Shown: positions 48,767 through 62,019, counted from the stretch's first letter. The stretch is 64,000 bases of DNA from an uncultured Acidobacteriota bacterium (GCA_963764715.1 CAVXTP010000021.1:160001-224000), one strand, 5' to 3'. Numbers and translations are program-made. Notes: generated by a model not told the origin, from the sequence alone.

Positions 48767-51427
48767 ATGACGCTGTCCGCCGGAGCCAAACTCGGTCCCT
48801 ACGAGATCGTTGCCCCTATAGGCGCGGGGGGGATGGGGGAGGTTTATCGGGCCAAGGACCCGCGGCTCGGGCGCGAGGTCGCGATCAAGGTGCTGCCGAC
48901 GTCGTTTTCGCAGGACGCGGATCGGCTGCGGCGGTTCGAGCAGGAGGCCAGGGCCGCCGGCGTCCTCAATCACCCCAACATCACCGCGGTCTACGACATC
49001 GGCTCTCACGAGGGCGCTCCCTACGTCGTCCAGGAGCTTCTCGAGGGCGACACCCTGCGGGCGGAGCTCGCGAGCGGCCGGTTTGCGCCGCGCAAGGCGA
49101 TCGAGTGTGCGCGGGAGATCGCCGAGGGCCTGGCGGCGGCGCACGAGAAGGGGATCGTCCACCGCGACCTGAAGCCCGAGAACCTCTTCGTCACCCGGGG
49201 AGGCCGCATCAAGATCCTCGACTTCGGCCTGGCGAAGCTGACCGAGGTCGAGTCGGGCGGTCAGGCGACAAACCTTCCGACATCCACGCCGACCGAGCCG
49301 GGGGTCGTCATGGGGACGCTCGGCTACATGTCGCCCGAGCAGGTCAAGGGCAAGCCGGCCGACGCGCGCTCGGACATCTTCGCCTTCGGCGCGGTCCTCT
49401 ACGAAATGCTCTCGGGCAAGCGCGCGTTTCACGGTGACTCGGCCGGCGAGACGATGGCGTCGATCCTCAAGGAGGACCCGCCGGAGCTTTCCGTCACCAA
49501 CCAGAGCATTTCCCCCGGCCTCGAGCGCATCGTTCGCCACTGTCTCGAGAAGAACCCCGAGCGGCGGTTTCAGTCGTCGAGCGACATCGCGTTCGCCCTG
49601 CAGTCACTGTCGGAAGGCTCCGGCAGCGTGGTGCCCGGGGCGCTCGGACTTCGCCCCCGCCGTGTTCCCCGAGGGCTTCCCTGGGGCATCGCCGGGCTTC
49701 TCGTCGGCGCCGTCGCGGCGAGCCTCCTCATGCTCGGGAATCGGCCTTCGCGAGATTCGGCGGGCCCGCCGGTCCGCTTCGAGGTGGCCCCGCCACAGGA
49801 CCAGCGAGTCGTCAGTAACCTCGCGCTCTCGCCGGACGGAAGTCGGTTGGCCTTCATCGCCCGTGAGCCGGGCGGCTCGACGGCCCTCTGGATTCGCGCT
49901 CTCGACAATCCGGTGGCGAAAATGCTGGGCGGGACCGAGGGAGCCCTGCTCCCGTTCTGGTCGCCGGACGGCCGGTCCGTGGGCTTCTTTGCGAGCGGAG
50001 CGCTCAAGCGCGTCGCGATCTCGGGCGGTCCGCCCCAGACGCTCGCCCCCGTGACGTCCGAAGCTCGCGGTGCTTCCTGGAGCGGAGACGATCGAATCGT
50101 CTTCGCCCCGGGCTACTTCGGGCCCCTCCTCCAGGTTTCGGCCTCGGGGGGAAAGGTCACGCCGGCCACGACGATCGACAAGGGGCGAAACGAGGGCACC
50201 CATCGCTGGCCGTGGTTCCTCCCGGACGGGCGGCATTTTCTTTACTACGCCGCGGGATCCACGGGCTCGGAGCCCGGCGAGATCTTCGTGGGGGATCTCG
50301 GTTCCGGCAAGGCGAAACACCTCCTGCAGGCGAGCTCGCTCGCGGTCTACGCGTCGCCGGGGTACCTTCTGTTTACCCGCGGCAGCGGCCTGGTCGCGCA
50401 GGCGTTCGACGCCGAGGGGCTGGAGGTTCGGGGAGAAACGACACCCATTGGGGTAGACCTCCCGGCCGTTTCGGTGACGGCCGGCCTGCGAGCCCTCTCG
50501 GCTTCGCTGGGTGGAACGATCTGCTGGCGCACGCAGCCGAGCTCGACGAGCCAGCCGGTCCTGTTCGATCGCCAGGGACGCGAGATCGGCCGGCTGGCGG
50601 AACCCGCGACCTGGAACTACCCCCGCCTCTCGCCGGACGGGCAGCGGGTGGCGATGGCGCGGGCGTCGGGCGAATCGACTGTCTCCGACATCTGGACGAT
50701 CGACCTCGCGCGTAACGTCGCGACGCGAATGACGCTCGACCCGGCGGACGACGTGCTCCCGGTCTGGTCGCCCGATGGAATGCGGCTCGTCTTCAACTCC
50801 GACCGCAAGGGCGCTTCGGGAGACCTGTACGTCATGCGGGCCGACCAGCCGGGCAGCGAGGAGCTTTTCGTCGCGAGTGAATTCGCGAAAACCGCCGACA
50901 CGTGGTCGCCCGACGGCCGCTCGGTGATCTTCGAGGCCACGATCCCTCAAAACCGGCAGGACCTCTGGCTCGTTCCTCTCGAGGGGGAGCGAAAGCCGGT
51001 TCCGTACATGGAGACACGCTTCACCGAAACGAATGCCCGCTTCTCTCCCGACGGCCGGTGGGTGGCATACACCTCGGATGTCTCGGGCACCCCCGAGGTC
51101 TACGTCCGGCCCTTCCGGGAGTCCGGCGGAACGTGGAGGGTCTCGAACCGCGGCGGCCAGACACCCTCCTGGAGGCGCGACGGCCGCGAGATCTACTACC
51201 TCGCGCCCGACGGCATGCTGATGGCCGCGCCGGTCACGGGGGCCGCGCCCTTCGAGACGGGAACTCCGGCGCCGCTCTTCAAGGTCGCGGTGCCCGAGTC
51301 GCCCGATCCCCAGTATGACGTTACCCCGAACGGCGAGCGTTTCGTCGTCAACCACCGGATCTCGTCGAAGGAGGAGCCGATCAACGTGCTCGTCGACTGG
51401 GCGGCAACCCTGAAGAAACCGTCGTGA
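48767..51427 (+). CDS. Ser/Thr receptor kinase with PD40 beta-propeller (array gene 5)
   Basis: [14 protein letters not shown]; TM helix; propeller. Confidence 0.93.
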   Translation: MTLSAGAKLGPYEIVAPIGAGGMGEVYRAKDPRLGREVAIKVLPTSFSQDADRLRRFEQEARAAGVLNHPNITAVYDIGSHEGAPYVVQELLEGDTLRAELASGRFAPRKAIECAREIAEGLAAAHEKGIVHRDLKPENLFVTRGGRIKILDFGLAKLTEVESGGQATNLPTSTPTEPGVVMGTLGYMSPEQVKGKPADARSDIFAFGAVLYEMLSGKRAFHGDSAGETMASILKEDPPELSVTNQSISPGLERIVRHCLEKNPERRFQSSSDIAFALQSLSEGSGSVVPGALGLRPRRVPRGLPWGIAGLLVGAVAASLLMLGNRPSRDSAGPPVRFEVAPPQDQRVVSNLALSPDGSRLAFIAREPGGSTALWIRALDNPVAKMLGGTEGALLPFWSPDGRSVGFFASGALKRVAISGGPPQTLAPVTSEARGASWSGDDRIVFAPGYFGPLLQVSASGGKVTPATTIDKGRNEGTHRWPWFLPDGRHFLYYAAGSTGSEPGEIFVGDLGSGKAKHLLQASSLAVYASPGYLLFTRGSGLVAQAFDAEGLEVRGETTPIGVDLPAVSVTAGLRALSASLGGTICWRTQPSSTSQPVLFDRQGREIGRLAEPATWNYPRLSPDGQRVAMARASGESTVSDIWTIDLARNVATRMTLDPADDVLPVWSPDGMRLVFNSDRKGASGDLYVMRADQPGSEELFVASEFAKTADTWSPDGRSVIFEATIPQNRQDLWLVPLEGERKPVPYMETRFTETNARFSPDGRWVAYTSDVSGTPEVYVRPFRESGGTWRVSNRGGQTPSWRRDGREIYYLAPDGMLMAAPVTGAAPFETGTPAPLFKVAVPESPDPQYDVTPNGERFVVNHRISSKEEPINVLVDWAATLKKPS

Positions 51428-53985
51428 GTCTCGTCGCAGGATCGAAGCTCGGCCCCTACGAAATCCTCTCGCCGCTCGGGGCGGGCGGGATGGGAGAGGT
51501 GTACCGGGCGCGGGACGCGAAGCTCGGGCGCGACGTCGCGATCAAGGTTCTGCCCGAACGGTTCGCGGTGGATGCGGACTCGCTGGCGCGGTTCGAGCGC
51601 GAGGCCCGCGCGGTGGCGGCGCTCTCGCATCCCAACATCCTTTCGATCTTCGACTTCGGCCGGGAGGGGAACCTCGCCTACGCCGTCATGGAGCTCCTCG
51701 AAGGCGAAACGCTCCGGGCGCGCCTGTCCGCGGGAGCGCTTCCGGCGCGCAAGGCGGTCGAGATCGCCGCGCAGATCGCACGGGGGCTCGCGGCCGCGCA
51801 CGAGAAGGGCATCGTCCACCGGGACCTGAAGCCCGAAAACGTCTTCGTCCTCGAGGACGGACGGGTCAAGATCCTGGACTTCGGCCTGGCGAAGGTGGCG
51901 GCGCCACCGAGCGATGAAACGAAGTCGCCGACCGTCGCAGCCTCGTCGGCGACGGAGCCCGGCACGGTGATGGGCACCGTCGGGTACATGTCGCCCGAGC
52001 AGGTGCGCGGACTGCCCGCGGACCACCGGTCGGACATCTTCTCCTTCGGCTCGATCCTGTACGAGATGGTGACCGGCTCCCGCGCCTTTCGCGGCGACTC
52101 GGCCGCGGAGACGATGGCCGCGATCGCGCAGAAGGATCCACCGGAGATCTCGGCCGTCGGCCAGCCGCTTTCACCGGCCCTCGACCGTATCGTTCGCCAC
52201 TGCCTCGAGAAGAAACCTACCGAGCGTTTCCAGTCCGCGCGCGATCTCGCTTTCGACCTGGAGACAGTCACGACGTCCCCTGGCGTTTCGCCCGTCGCGC
52301 TGCCGCCGGCCGCGCGCTCGAGGCGGCGCCTCGTCTTCGCGACCATCGGCACGGCCGGCCTCGTTCTCGCCTACCTGCTCGGTTCCCGGGTCGGAAGCGG
52401 GCGGCGCGCGCCGGCCCGGGTGTTCCAGCAGAAGACCTACCGCGGCCAGAGCATTTTCCGCGCCCGCTTCGCTCCCGACGGCCGGACGATCGTCTACAGC
52501 GGCGCCCGCGAGGGGAGCGTGCCGGAGCTCTACTCGCTGCGTCCCGAATATCCCGAGCCGGTGTCGCTGGGATTGTCCGGGGTCCATCTTCTCTCCGTCT
52601 CGTCGGGCGGCGAGCTCGCGGTCCTGACCGGAGCGAAATACCGCGACCATCTGAACTTCGTCGGCACGCTCGCCCGCGTGCCGCTCGGGGGTGGCGCCCC
52701 GCGGGAAGTGCTCGAGAACGTCCACGACGCGGACTGGTCTCCCGACGGGTCCCAGCTCGCCGTCCTGCGCGAGGTCGGCGGGAAGGACCGCCTCGAGTTT
52801 CCGATCGGGACCGTGGTGTACGAGTACGCCGGATACCTGTCCGACATTCGTGTTTCGCCGCGCGGCGACCGGGTCGCCTTCCTCGAGCACCCCGTCCGCT
52901 ACGACAATCGCGGGTCGGCCGTGATCGTCGATCGAGCCGGGCGCCGGCTCGCCGCGTCCGACGCGTACTGGGGAGAGGAAGGGCTCGCCTGGGTTCCTGG
53001 CGGCGACGAGATCCTGTTCTCGGCCGGCAAGGGCTTGACGGAGATGGTCGTGCGTTCCCTGTCCCCCTCGGGTCGGCAACGCGTCGTCTCGCAGATCGCC
53101 GGAACGCTCCTGGTCCGCGACGTCGCCCGGGACGGGCGCTGGCTGGCCACGCGAGACGATTCCCGCCTCCGGATCTTCGGCCGGAGCCCCGGCGAGCCTG
53201 AACGGGACCTCTCGTGGCTCGAGTCGGCGATTGCGCCGGTGCTCTCACGGGACGGCCGGACGCTTCTCCTGACCGATCAGAACGCGGCGGCCGGGCCGAA
53301 CTACGCCGCCTGCCTTCGGAAGATGGACGGCTCCCCGGTCGTGAGGCTGGGGGAGGGAACGGCCCAGGACATTTCACCCGACGGTCAATCGGCGCTCGTG
53401 ATCGTGCCCTCGACTCCGCCGGACATTCGAATCTACCCGACGGGCGCCGGATCGACGAAGTCGCTCGGAAACGGGGGCCTCGAGGCTGTCAGTCGGATCC
53501 ACTGGTTTCCGGACGGCCGGTCACTCGTCGTCTGCGGAAACGAGCCGGGACGCGGAACGCGTTGTTACGTGATGGACGCCGCCGGTGGAAAGCTCCGGCC
53601 CGTGACGCCGGAAGGGGGCGCTCATGGCCTGCCTTCGCCCGACGGGAAGTTCGTCGCGGCGAGGATGCCGGATGGCCATGTGCTCTTCCCGATCGACGGC
53701 GGGCCGGCGCGGCCCCTGACGGGCCTGGCCCCGGAGGAGCGCGCGATCCGCTGGAGCCCCGACGGCGCGTCGCTCTGGGTCTCCCGCCTGCCGGCGCTTC
53801 CGGCCCGCGTGGAGAGCTACGACGTCGCCACGGGACGGCGCGAGCCGATCCTGGAGATCCTCCCGGCGGAGCGGACCGGAGTGACCGGCGTGTACGATCT
53901 GATGCTGGCGGACGATCCGAAATCGTACGTGTACCTGACCTGGCAGCTCCTCTCGTACATCTTCGTCGTGGAAGAAGCGAAATGA
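51424..53985 (+). CDS. Ser/Thr receptor kinase with a divergent beta-propeller (array gene 6)
   Basis: GTGA overlap; intact kinase; propeller of a different subtype ([15 protein letters not shown]). Confidence 0.92.
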   Translation: MSLVAGSKLGPYEILSPLGAGGMGEVYRARDAKLGRDVAIKVLPERFAVDADSLARFEREARAVAALSHPNILSIFDFGREGNLAYAVMELLEGETLRARLSAGALPARKAVEIAAQIARGLAAAHEKGIVHRDLKPENVFVLEDGRVKILDFGLAKVAAPPSDETKSPTVAASSATEPGTVMGTVGYMSPEQVRGLPADHRSDIFSFGSILYEMVTGSRAFRGDSAAETMAAIAQKDPPEISAVGQPLSPALDRIVRHCLEKKPTERFQSARDLAFDLETVTTSPGVSPVALPPAARSRRRLVFATIGTAGLVLAYLLGSRVGSGRRAPARVFQQKTYRGQSIFRARFAPDGRTIVYSGAREGSVPELYSLRPEYPEPVSLGLSGVHLLSVSSGGELAVLTGAKYRDHLNFVGTLARVPLGGGAPREVLENVHDADWSPDGSQLAVLREVGGKDRLEFPIGTVVYEYAGYLSDIRVSPRGDRVAFLEHPVRYDNRGSAVIVDRAGRRLAASDAYWGEEGLAWVPGGDEILFSAGKGLTEMVVRSLSPSGRQRVVSQIAGTLLVRDVARDGRWLATRDDSRLRIFGRSPGEPERDLSWLESAIAPVLSRDGRTLLLTDQNAAAGPNYAACLRKMDGSPVVRLGEGTAQDISPDGQSALVIVPSTPPDIRIYPTGAGSTKSLGNGGLEAVSRIHWFPDGRSLVVCGNEPGRGTRCYVMDAAGGKLRPVTPEGGAHGLPSPDGKFVAARMPDGHVLFPIDGGPARPLTGLAPEERAIRWSPDGASLWVSRLPALPARVESYDVATGRREPILEILPAERTGVTGVYDLMLADDPKSYVYLTWQLLSYIFVVEEAK

Positions 53986-56618
53986 CCCTCGCCTCGGGAA
54001 CGAAGCTCGGCCCGTACGAGATCCTCTCGCCGCTCGGCGCCGGAGGGATGGGAGAGGTATACCGGGCGCGGGACGCCAAGCTCAACCGCGAGGTCGCCAT
54101 CAAGGTGCTGCCGGAGGCGGTGGCGGAGGACGCGGAGCGTCTGGCGCGATTCCAGCGCGAGGCGCAGGTCCTGGCGTCGCTCAATCACCCGCACATCGCG
54201 GCGATCTACGGGCTGGAGAAGGTCGGCAACGTCGAGGCGCTGGTGCTGGAGCTCGTCGAGGGAGAGACGCTCGCCGAGCGTATCGGGGCCGGGCCCATTC
54301 CGGTCGACGAGGCCCTGGCGATCGCTCGCCAGATCGCGGACGCGCTCGAGGCCGCGCACGAGAAGGGGATCGTGCACCGGGACCTGAAGCCGGCCAACGT
54401 GAAGGTGACGCCGGACGGCAAGGTCAAGGTGCTCGACTTCGGCCTCGCGAAGGCGCTGTCGGGTGACGCCTCGTCCCCCGACCAGACGCACTCGCCGACA
54501 CTCACCGCGGCGGCCACGCAGGCCGGCGTCGTCATCGGGACGGCGGCGTACATGTCGCCCGAGCAGGCGAGGGGCAAGGCCGTCGACAAGCGCGCCGACA
54601 TCTGGGCCTTCGGCGCCGTGCTCTACGAAATGCTCGCGGGCCAGAAGGCGTTCGAGGGCGACACGGTCTCGGACACGCTGGCCGCCGTGCTGCGCGCCGA
54701 CATCGACTGGTCGCGCCTGCCGTCGTCAACGCCTCCGGCCGTGCAGAACGTCCTGCGCCGGTGCCTCGATCGCGACCCCAAGCACCGCCTGCGCGACATC
54801 GGAGACGCGCGCATCGCTCTCGAGGACCTCGCGTCGAGCAGCAGCGGCGCCGCCGCGCCTGCGGAATCGCCGGCTGCCCCCGTGCGTCGCCCGGCATGGC
54901 CCTGGCTCGCGGCGGTGATCGCGGCCCTGCTTGCCGGGACGGCTGCCGGCCGATTCGCGCTGGCTCCCCGCCGCTCCTCGGCGCGGCCCGTCCGCTTCGA
55001 GATCAGCGCGGGCACCGTCTCGTCGGCCGCAATTTCTCCGGACGGGCGGCAACTCGCGATCGCTTCGCGCGGCAAGCTCTGGGTCCGCGATCTCGCCCGG
55101 CTCGAAATCCGTGAGATCGAGGGGACCGACGGCGCCGTCCGGCCTTTCTGGTCGCCGGACAGCCGGACGATCGCCTTCGGCGCCCACGGGAAGCTGTGGA
55201 AGGTGCTGGCCGAAGCGGGAGCCCCGTCCGCCATCTGCGAGCTGGCGGGCGGCCTCTGGGACGACGATGCCGGCGGAGCGTGGCTGTCGGACGGCACGAT
55301 CGTCTTCAGCAACGGCAACGCCGGACTCTGGCAGGTGTCTTCGCAGGGCGGCGATCCGATCGAGGTGCTCAAGGTCGACCCGAAGCAGGAGCTCGACTTT
55401 CATACGGCGAGCGCCCTTCCCGACGGCCGCAGCGTGGTCTACGTGATCCACCGCGCCGCCGAAGGCGCCGGCGCCGACACGCTGGGGATCTGGTCCGGCG
55501 GAAAGGCGCGGCGGCTGTTCGAGGCGAAGGGCCAGTCCCTGGACAATCCGGTTTACTCGCCGAGCGGCCATGTCCTCTTCGAGCGCAGCCCCACCAATGC
55601 CGGCGTGTGGGCGCTCCCGTTTTCGTTGAAAAGGCTCGCGGCGACGGGTGAGGCGTTTCTGGTGTCGTCGGGCGCTCGGGGCCCGAGCGTGGGCTCGGAC
55701 GGAACCCTGGTCGTCCTTCCGCCTCGCCGCCGCCGTCCGATCAACCTGGCCTGGGCCGACCGGGACGGAAAGATCCTGGGCCGCGTCGACGAGCCCCGCC
55801 TCCGCGGCCTTTCCGCGATCTCGCCGGACGGCGATCGAATCGCCGCTACGGAGGTCAGCGACGGGAAGCGGGACATCTGGCTCTACGATCTCAAACGCAA
55901 CACGCGCATCCGCCTCACGAACGACGGCGGGGCCGAATCGCCGGTCTGGCTGAAGGATGGCCGGAGCATTCTGTACGAGAGCCGCGCCGCATCCGCGGGC
56001 TCGATCCGGCGGGTGCTGGCCGACGGCTCGGGGCGCGCGGAGGACATCGTTCCGGGTGCGGGACGGCCCGGAGTTTCTGCGCGCGGCGACCTCTTTTTCT
56101 ACGCGACGCGCAGCGGGGACGGATGGCGTCTCTGGTATCGCTCCCTCGCGGACGGAAAAGAAAAGCCCGCTCTTTTCCTGGACCAGGCTTTCTACTCGAT
56201 CGACGCCGTCCCATCGCCGGACGGCCGGTTCGTCGCGTACGAGGCATGGTCCGGGCCCGGCGCGTCGGAAATCTTCCTGCGGCGCTTCCCTCCGTCCGAG
56301 GGCGTCTGGCAGGTATCCTCGAACGGCGGAACCTCGCCGCGCTGGTCGTCCGATGGCCGGCTCTTTTTCGCGCAGGGCGCCGACATCCTGGAGGTGCCGC
56401 TGACCACAGACCCGGACGTCCGGCTCGGCGCCCCGACGCGGCTCTTCCGGCGGACGTCGCCGGGAGGCGGCAACGTCCCGCCCGCATTCGACGTCTCGCC
56501 CGACGGAAAGCGCTTTCTGATCTACGAGCCCGCCGGCGACATGACGGACGAGCGAATCGTGGTCGCCCTGGACTGGTTCGCGGAGCTACGCCGCGGCACC
56601 GGCGAGCCTCCAAAGTAG
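53982..56618 (+). CDS. Ser/Thr receptor kinase with PD40 beta-propeller (array gene 7)
   Basis: Start reassigned to the ATGA overlap ([13 protein letters not shown]) within ORF 53214-56618. Confidence 0.92.
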   Translation: MTLASGTKLGPYEILSPLGAGGMGEVYRARDAKLNREVAIKVLPEAVAEDAERLARFQREAQVLASLNHPHIAAIYGLEKVGNVEALVLELVEGETLAERIGAGPIPVDEALAIARQIADALEAAHEKGIVHRDLKPANVKVTPDGKVKVLDFGLAKALSGDASSPDQTHSPTLTAAATQAGVVIGTAAYMSPEQARGKAVDKRADIWAFGAVLYEMLAGQKAFEGDTVSDTLAAVLRADIDWSRLPSSTPPAVQNVLRRCLDRDPKHRLRDIGDARIALEDLASSSSGAAAPAESPAAPVRRPAWPWLAAVIAALLAGTAAGRFALAPRRSSARPVRFEISAGTVSSAAISPDGRQLAIASRGKLWVRDLARLEIREIEGTDGAVRPFWSPDSRTIAFGAHGKLWKVLAEAGAPSAICELAGGLWDDDAGGAWLSDGTIVFSNGNAGLWQVSSQGGDPIEVLKVDPKQELDFHTASALPDGRSVVYVIHRAAEGAGADTLGIWSGGKARRLFEAKGQSLDNPVYSPSGHVLFERSPTNAGVWALPFSLKRLAATGEAFLVSSGARGPSVGSDGTLVVLPPRRRRPINLAWADRDGKILGRVDEPRLRGLSAISPDGDRIAATEVSDGKRDIWLYDLKRNTRIRLTNDGGAESPVWLKDGRSILYESRAASAGSIRRVLADGSGRAEDIVPGAGRPGVSARGDLFFYATRSGDGWRLWYRSLADGKEKPALFLDQAFYSIDAVPSPDGRFVAYEAWSGPGASEIFLRRFPPSEGVWQVSSNGGTSPRWSSDGRLFFAQGADILEVPLTTDPDVRLGAPTRLFRRTSPGGGNVPPAFDVSPDGKRFLIYEPAGDMTDERIVVALDWFAELRRGTGEPPK

Positions 56619-56628
56619 GACGAAACAC

Positions 56629-59316
56629 GTGACGCTCGCCGCCGGAACCAAGCTCGGGCCCTACGAGATTCTGTCGCCGCTCGGCGCCGGTGGGATGGGG
56701 GAGGTGTACCGGGCGCGCGATGCCAAGCTCAACCGCGAGGTCGCGATCAAGGTCCTGCCGGAAGCGGTGGCGGAGGACGCGGAGCGTCTGGCGCGGTTCC
56801 AGCGGGAGGCTCAGGTCCTGGCGTCGCTCAATCACCCGCACATCGCGGCGATCTACGGGCTGGAGAAGGCCGGCAACGTCGAGGCGCTGGTGCTCGAGCT
56901 CGTCGAAGGCGAAACGCTCGCGGAACGGATCGCCGCGGGGCCCATCCCTCTGGACGAGGCTCTGCCGATCGCTCGCCAGATCGCCGACGCTCTGGAAGCG
57001 GCGCACGAGAAGGGGATCGTGCACCGGGATCTGAAGCCGGCCAACGTGAAGATCACGCCGCAGGGCAAGGTCAAGGTGCTGGACTTCGGACTGGCGAAGG
57101 CGCTGACGGGGGACCGGTCATCTCCGGACCAGACGCATTCGCCGACGCTGACCGCGGCGGCGACGCAGGCGGGGGTCGTGGTCGGGACGGCGGCGTACAT
57201 GTCGCCGGAGCAGGCGCGCGGCAAGTCGGTGGACAAGCGGGCGGACATCTGGGCGTTCGGGGCGGTCCTGTTCGAAATGCTCGCGGGGCGCAAGGCGTTC
57301 GAGGGCGAGACGGTGTCGGACACGCTCGCCGCGGTCCTGAAGACGGATCCGGACTGGAGCGCGCTGCCACGCGAGACCCCGGCCACGGTCCGGCGTGCGC
57401 TTCGGCGCTGCCTCGACCGGGACGCGAAGACTCGCTTCCACGACATCGCGGACGCGCGCATCCAGATGGACGAGGCAGTCGAGCCGGCCGCGGCGAGCGC
57501 CGCGCCGGCGGCTGCGGCGCGGCCCCGCAGCCGGCGGCTGGAATGGGCCGTCGCCGCGCTTCTCGCGGCCGTCGGAGCGGTCGGCTGGTGGCGCGCCCTG
57601 TCGGCGCCGAAGCCGGCGCCCGCGGCCCGCACCGCCTTCGCCGTGGCGATCCCAGAGGGAGACGTCGTCGCCTACGACGACACGCCGATCCTCTCCCTGT
57701 CCCGCGACGGCCGGCGGCTGGTGTATGCCGCCGAGCGGGCCGGCGCTCGGGCCCTTTTCCTGCGGACGCTCGGCGAGATCGAGCCCCGACCGCTCGAAGG
57801 CACGACCGGCGCGCGGAGTCCCTTCTTTTCGCCCGACGGCCAGTGGGTCGGGTTCTTTGCCGAAGGGGGCAAGCTGAAGAGGTCGCCGGTCTCGGGCGGG
57901 CCGCCACAGTTGATCTGCGAGGGCGTGAACGCGCAGCGCGGCGCGGTCTGGGCCGACGACGACACGATCATTCTGACCGCGGACTACGCGGCGGGGCTCT
58001 CCCGGGTTTCCGCCAGGGGAGGAAAGATCGAGCCGCTGACGAAAGTCGACGCCAAGAAGGGCGAGCGCACGCACCGGTGGCCCGACCTTCTGCCGGACGG
58101 CCAGAGCGTTCTCTTCACGATCGGTTCGGACAAGAGCCCCGGCAACTACGACGACGCGAAGATCGCGTTGTTCGACCGCAAGACCGGGCGCGTCCGCATC
58201 CTGCTCGAGGGCGGAAGTATGGCGCGCTATTGCCCGCCGGGCTACCTGCTCTACGTCCGTTCGAGGTCCCTGCTCGCGGTGCCCTTCGACGTGGCGCGCC
58301 GTGAGGTCGTGGGGGAGCCCTTTCCGGTGCCGGAGAAGATCGCGGGCGATCCTTCGAGCGGGATCGGCTACTTCGCGGTGGGAGGCGACGGATCGCTTGC
58401 CTTCGTTCCCGGCACGGCCGTGGCGGCCGAGAGCAAGCTGGTCCTGACGGACCGCAAGGGTGTGGCCACCGAGCTGCCGCTGCCGCCGCGCCAGTACCGG
58501 TTCCCGCGCTTCTCGCCCGACGGCACGAAGATCGCGTTTTCGATCGGAAGCGGCCGGGGTGCCGACGACGAGGTCTGGATCTACCAGCTCTCGGGCGGCG
58601 GCCTGACGCGTCTGACTTTTTCGAGCGGCAATTTCTGCCCGATCTGGTCCGGAGACGGCCGGCGCCTCGCCTACGTGTCGGCCCGCCCCACCAACGAGGG
58701 AATCTACGCGCGGCCCGCCGACGGCAGCGGGGCGGAAGAGTGGCTCTACGGCGATTTCACGGCCCGACTCCCCTCGGATTGGTCGCTCGACGGCAAGACG
58801 CTGCTCTTCACGCACCCCTCCAACCAGGTCTGGGTCGCGGCGTTGAAGGGCGCCGCGACTCGGTCGGGGGCGCCGGGAAACGACTCCCACATGATCGAGG
58901 CGAGTGCGTACGGTGGAGTCTTCTCTCCGGACGACCGCTGGATCGCCTACGCGGCTTCCGTCTCCGGTGCGGTCTCCGAGCTGTTCGTCCAGGCCGCCGA
59001 GGGAGCGGCCGCCAAGTGGCAGCTCACGACCGACGGCGGAGGCCAGCCGGTCTGGGCGGGGAACGAAATCTTCTTCATTCACGCTCCCTCGCAGGTCCGA
59101 GTGATGTCGGTCCAGACGCAGCCCGTGTTCCAGGCGGGCAAGGCGGAGACGCTCTTCGAGGGCCAGTTCGAGCTGCGCACCGCGCCGCTGCGCAACTACG
59201 ACGTCTCCCGCGACGGAAAGCAGTTCGTCTTCGTCCGGGGCGGCTCGGACCTCGGGGCGCGGGAGGTGGACGTCGTGCTCCACTGGGGACTGGAACTCGG
59301 AGGTCGAAACAGATGA
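56629..59316 (+). CDS. Ser/Thr receptor kinase with PD40 beta-propeller (array gene 8)
   Basis: GTG start, AGGA RBS; intact kinase; propeller. Confidence 0.93.
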   Translation: MTLAAGTKLGPYEILSPLGAGGMGEVYRARDAKLNREVAIKVLPEAVAEDAERLARFQREAQVLASLNHPHIAAIYGLEKAGNVEALVLELVEGETLAERIAAGPIPLDEALPIARQIADALEAAHEKGIVHRDLKPANVKITPQGKVKVLDFGLAKALTGDRSSPDQTHSPTLTAAATQAGVVVGTAAYMSPEQARGKSVDKRADIWAFGAVLFEMLAGRKAFEGETVSDTLAAVLKTDPDWSALPRETPATVRRALRRCLDRDAKTRFHDIADARIQMDEAVEPAAASAAPAAAARPRSRRLEWAVAALLAAVGAVGWWRALSAPKPAPAARTAFAVAIPEGDVVAYDDTPILSLSRDGRRLVYAAERAGARALFLRTLGEIEPRPLEGTTGARSPFFSPDGQWVGFFAEGGKLKRSPVSGGPPQLICEGVNAQRGAVWADDDTIILTADYAAGLSRVSARGGKIEPLTKVDAKKGERTHRWPDLLPDGQSVLFTIGSDKSPGNYDDAKIALFDRKTGRVRILLEGGSMARYCPPGYLLYVRSRSLLAVPFDVARREVVGEPFPVPEKIAGDPSSGIGYFAVGGDGSLAFVPGTAVAAESKLVLTDRKGVATELPLPPRQYRFPRFSPDGTKIAFSIGSGRGADDEVWIYQLSGGGLTRLTFSSGNFCPIWSGDGRRLAYVSARPTNEGIYARPADGSGAEEWLYGDFTARLPSDWSLDGKTLLFTHPSNQVWVAALKGAATRSGAPGNDSHMIEASAYGGVFSPDDRWIAYAASVSGAVSELFVQAAEGAAAKWQLTTDGGGQPVWAGNEIFFIHAPSQVRVMSVQTQPVFQAGKAETLFEGQFELRTAPLRNYDVSRDGKQFVFVRGGSDLGAREVDVVLHWGLELGGRNR

Positions 59317-62006
59317 CGCTCGCGGCCGGGACCAAGCTGGGGCCCTACGAGATCCTCGCGCCGATCGGGGCCGGGGGGATGGGCGAGGTTTACAGGGCGC
59401 GGGACGAGCGACTGGAGCGGACGGTCGCGGTCAAGGTCCTGCCGCCGCACCTGTCGTCGAGTCCGGAGCTGCGGCAGCGTTTCGAGCGCGAGGCCAGGAC
59501 GATCTCGCAGATCTCCCACCCGCACATCTGCGCGCTCTACGACGTCAACCGCGAGGGCGAGACCGAATACCTCGTCATGGAGTACCTCGAGGGCGAGACG
59601 ATGGCGGACCGCCTGAGCAAGGGGCCGCTTCCCGCAGAGCATCTTCTCCGTTACGGGATCGAGATCGCCGACGCGCTCGACAAGGCGCACCGGCAGGGGA
59701 TCGTGCACCGGGATCTCAAACCGGGCAACGTGATGCTGACGAAGTCGGGGGTCAAGCTCCTCGACTTCGGCCTCGCGAAGTTCCAGGCGCCCGGGCGCGA
59801 CGTGTCGTCGGGCGTTTCGCGCCTGGCAACGGAGATGCAGGCGAGCCAGCCGCTGACGGAGCGGGGCACCGTCCTCGGCACCTTCCAGTACATGGCGCCC
59901 GAGCAGCTCGAGGGCAAGGACGCCGACGCGCGGAGCGACATCTTCTCCTTCGGCGCCCTGCTCTACGAGATGGCGACGGGCAAGAAGGCGTTCTCGGGCT
60001 CGTCGCAGGCTTCCCTCATCGGCGCCATCCTGCGCGACGATCCGCCGGCGATCTCGGAGATCTCGCCGATGATCCCGCCGGCCCTGAACCGCGTCGTCAA
60101 GACGTGTCTCGCCAAGGACCCGGAGGACCGCTTCCAGACGGCGCACGACGCGAAGCTTCAGCTCCAGTGGGTCGCCGAGGGCGGGTCACAGGCCGGGCTG
60201 CCGGCGCCCGTCGTCGCGCGCCGCAAGAACCGGGAGAAGCTCGCCTGGGCGGTCGCGGCGGCGGCGATCGTCGCCGCGGGCCTCGCGACGTTCGGCTACT
60301 TGCGCCGGGCGCCGCGGGCGGCGACGCGCGTCGGCGCGTTCGTGCTGCCGGCCGAGAAGTCGGAGCTCCAGTTGTCCGATGCCGGCTGCGGCTCGCTCAC
60401 GGTGTCGCCGGACGGCCGCCTGCTCACGTTCGCCGCGAAGGATGCCGACGGCAAGACCCTCTTGTGGCTGCGTCCCACCGGCGAGCTCGCGGCGAAGCCG
60501 ATCCCCGGGACGCATGGAGCGACGTTTCCGTTCTGGTCGCCCGACAGCCGGTTTCTCGCGTTCTTCGCCGACGGCAAGCTCCAGAAGGTGGACATTTCCG
60601 GGGCGCCCCCGCTGCCCGTGTGCGACGTGGCGAACGGGCGCAGCGGATCGTGGAACCGGGAAGGGATCATTCTCTTCTCGCCGGACACGACGACGGGCCT
60701 CGTTCGGGTCCCCGCGGCGGGCGGCACCCCAAAGCCGGCGACCACCCTCGATACCGCTCGCGGCGAGACGACGCACCGCTGGGCGACGTTTCTGCCGGAC
60801 GGCCGCCACTTTCTCTACATGGCGGGCGCGCATTCGGCCGGCACGAAGAGCGATTCGAACGCGGTCTACGTCGGGGCGCTCGACTCGAGCGAGAAGACCC
60901 TCCTCCTGCAGGCCCGCTCCAACGTCGTCTACGCCTCGGGCTACCTGCTCTACGTGCGCGAGCGGATCCTGCTCGCGCAGCGCTTCGACCCGGCCGCCCG
61001 GCGTCTCGTGGGGGAAGCCGTTCCGGTGACCGAGGGCGTGCAGTACGACCCGGCGTTTTTTCGGGGCGTATTCGCGGCTTCGGAAGACGGCGTCCTCGTG
61101 TACGCCCTCGGCTCGGCGGGTTCGGCCGCGACCCGGCTCACATGGATGGATCGCGCGGGAAAGCCGATCGGCGAGCCCCTCGGAGAGCCGGCGGAGTACC
61201 AGGGCCTTTCGCTCGCGCCGGACGGAAAGCGCATCGCCGCCTGGATCAACGATCCGTCGACGGGCGCCGGATCGATCTGGCTCATCGACAGCCGCGGAGT
61301 CCGCACCCGCTTCACGTTCGGCGAACTCTCGGAGTCGCCCGTATGGTCGCCGGACGGGAGCCGCATCGCGTTCCAGAGGCTGGACAAGAAGGGGGCCGAC
61401 GAGATCCGCGTGAAGGCCGTGAGCGGCTCCGGCCAGGAAGACGTCGTGTTTCATGGGGAGAGGCCGGCGACCCCGCTCGACTGGTCTCCGGACGGCGCGT
61501 ACCTCGCCGTGCAGATGCACCAGCGCAGCGGTGCAACGACGGGCGAAGACATCTGGATGATCCCGCTCTCCGGCGACCGGAAGCCGTTCCCGTTTCTCGC
61601 GGGCGAGTTCAACGAGGCCGGCGCGTCCTTTTCGCAGGACGGCAAGTGGGTGAGTTTCACGTCAAACGAGTCGGGGCGGGACGAGCTGTACGTCGTTCCG
61701 TTTCCGGGGCCCGGCGGCAAGTACCAGATCTCCGCGGGCGGCTCCCAGGGAGGAGCCTTCTTCAAGGGCGGCCGGGAAATTCTCTACGGAAGTCCGGAAA
61801 ACGACCTTGTCTCCGTGGACGTCCACGCCGCTCCCGCGGGCCTCGAGGTCGGCCCGCCGAAAAAGCTCTTCAAGGTCCCTTCAGCTTCCGCCCTCACGAT
61901 CACGCCGGACGGCGAGAGGTTCCTCGTGGCCCTGCTGCCGCAGGGGTCCGCCGCGCCGCGTGTGGCACTCGTGACCAACTGGACGGCGGGGTTCGAGAAG
62001 AAGTAA
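59313..62006 (+). CDS. Ser/Thr receptor kinase with PD40 beta-propeller (array gene 9)
   Basis: Start reassigned to the ATGA overlap with GGAGG RBS ([13 protein letters not shown]) within ORF 58740-62006. Confidence 0.92.
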   Translation: MTLAAGTKLGPYEILAPIGAGGMGEVYRARDERLERTVAVKVLPPHLSSSPELRQRFEREARTISQISHPHICALYDVNREGETEYLVMEYLEGETMADRLSKGPLPAEHLLRYGIEIADALDKAHRQGIVHRDLKPGNVMLTKSGVKLLDFGLAKFQAPGRDVSSGVSRLATEMQASQPLTERGTVLGTFQYMAPEQLEGKDADARSDIFSFGALLYEMATGKKAFSGSSQASLIGAILRDDPPAISEISPMIPPALNRVVKTCLAKDPEDRFQTAHDAKLQLQWVAEGGSQAGLPAPVVARRKNREKLAWAVAAAAIVAAGLATFGYLRRAPRAATRVGAFVLPAEKSELQLSDAGCGSLTVSPDGRLLTFAAKDADGKTLLWLRPTGELAAKPIPGTHGATFPFWSPDSRFLAFFADGKLQKVDISGAPPLPVCDVANGRSGSWNREGIILFSPDTTTGLVRVPAAGGTPKPATTLDTARGETTHRWATFLPDGRHFLYMAGAHSAGTKSDSNAVYVGALDSSEKTLLLQARSNVVYASGYLLYVRERILLAQRFDPAARRLVGEAVPVTEGVQYDPAFFRGVFAASEDGVLVYALGSAGSAATRLTWMDRAGKPIGEPLGEPAEYQGLSLAPDGKRIAAWINDPSTGAGSIWLIDSRGVRTRFTFGELSESPVWSPDGSRIAFQRLDKKGADEIRVKAVSGSGQEDVVFHGERPATPLDWSPDGAYLAVQMHQRSGATTGEDIWMIPLSGDRKPFPFLAGEFNEAGASFSQDGKWVSFTSNESGRDELYVVPFPGPGGKYQISAGGSQGGAFFKGGREILYGSPENDLVSVDVHAAPAGLEVGPPKKLFKVPSASALTITPDGERFLVALLPQGSAAPRVALVTNWTAGFEKK

Positions 62007-62019
62007 GACGGCTCAGCAA

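Noticed and set aside
53214-53981. N-terminal extensions on kinase ORFs (26239, 53214, 58740 starts) and on kbl, tdh, aldolase, TauE and DUF4136 ORFs
   Set aside because: They overlap upstream genes in another frame; paralog consensus and stop/start coupling identify the downstream starts.
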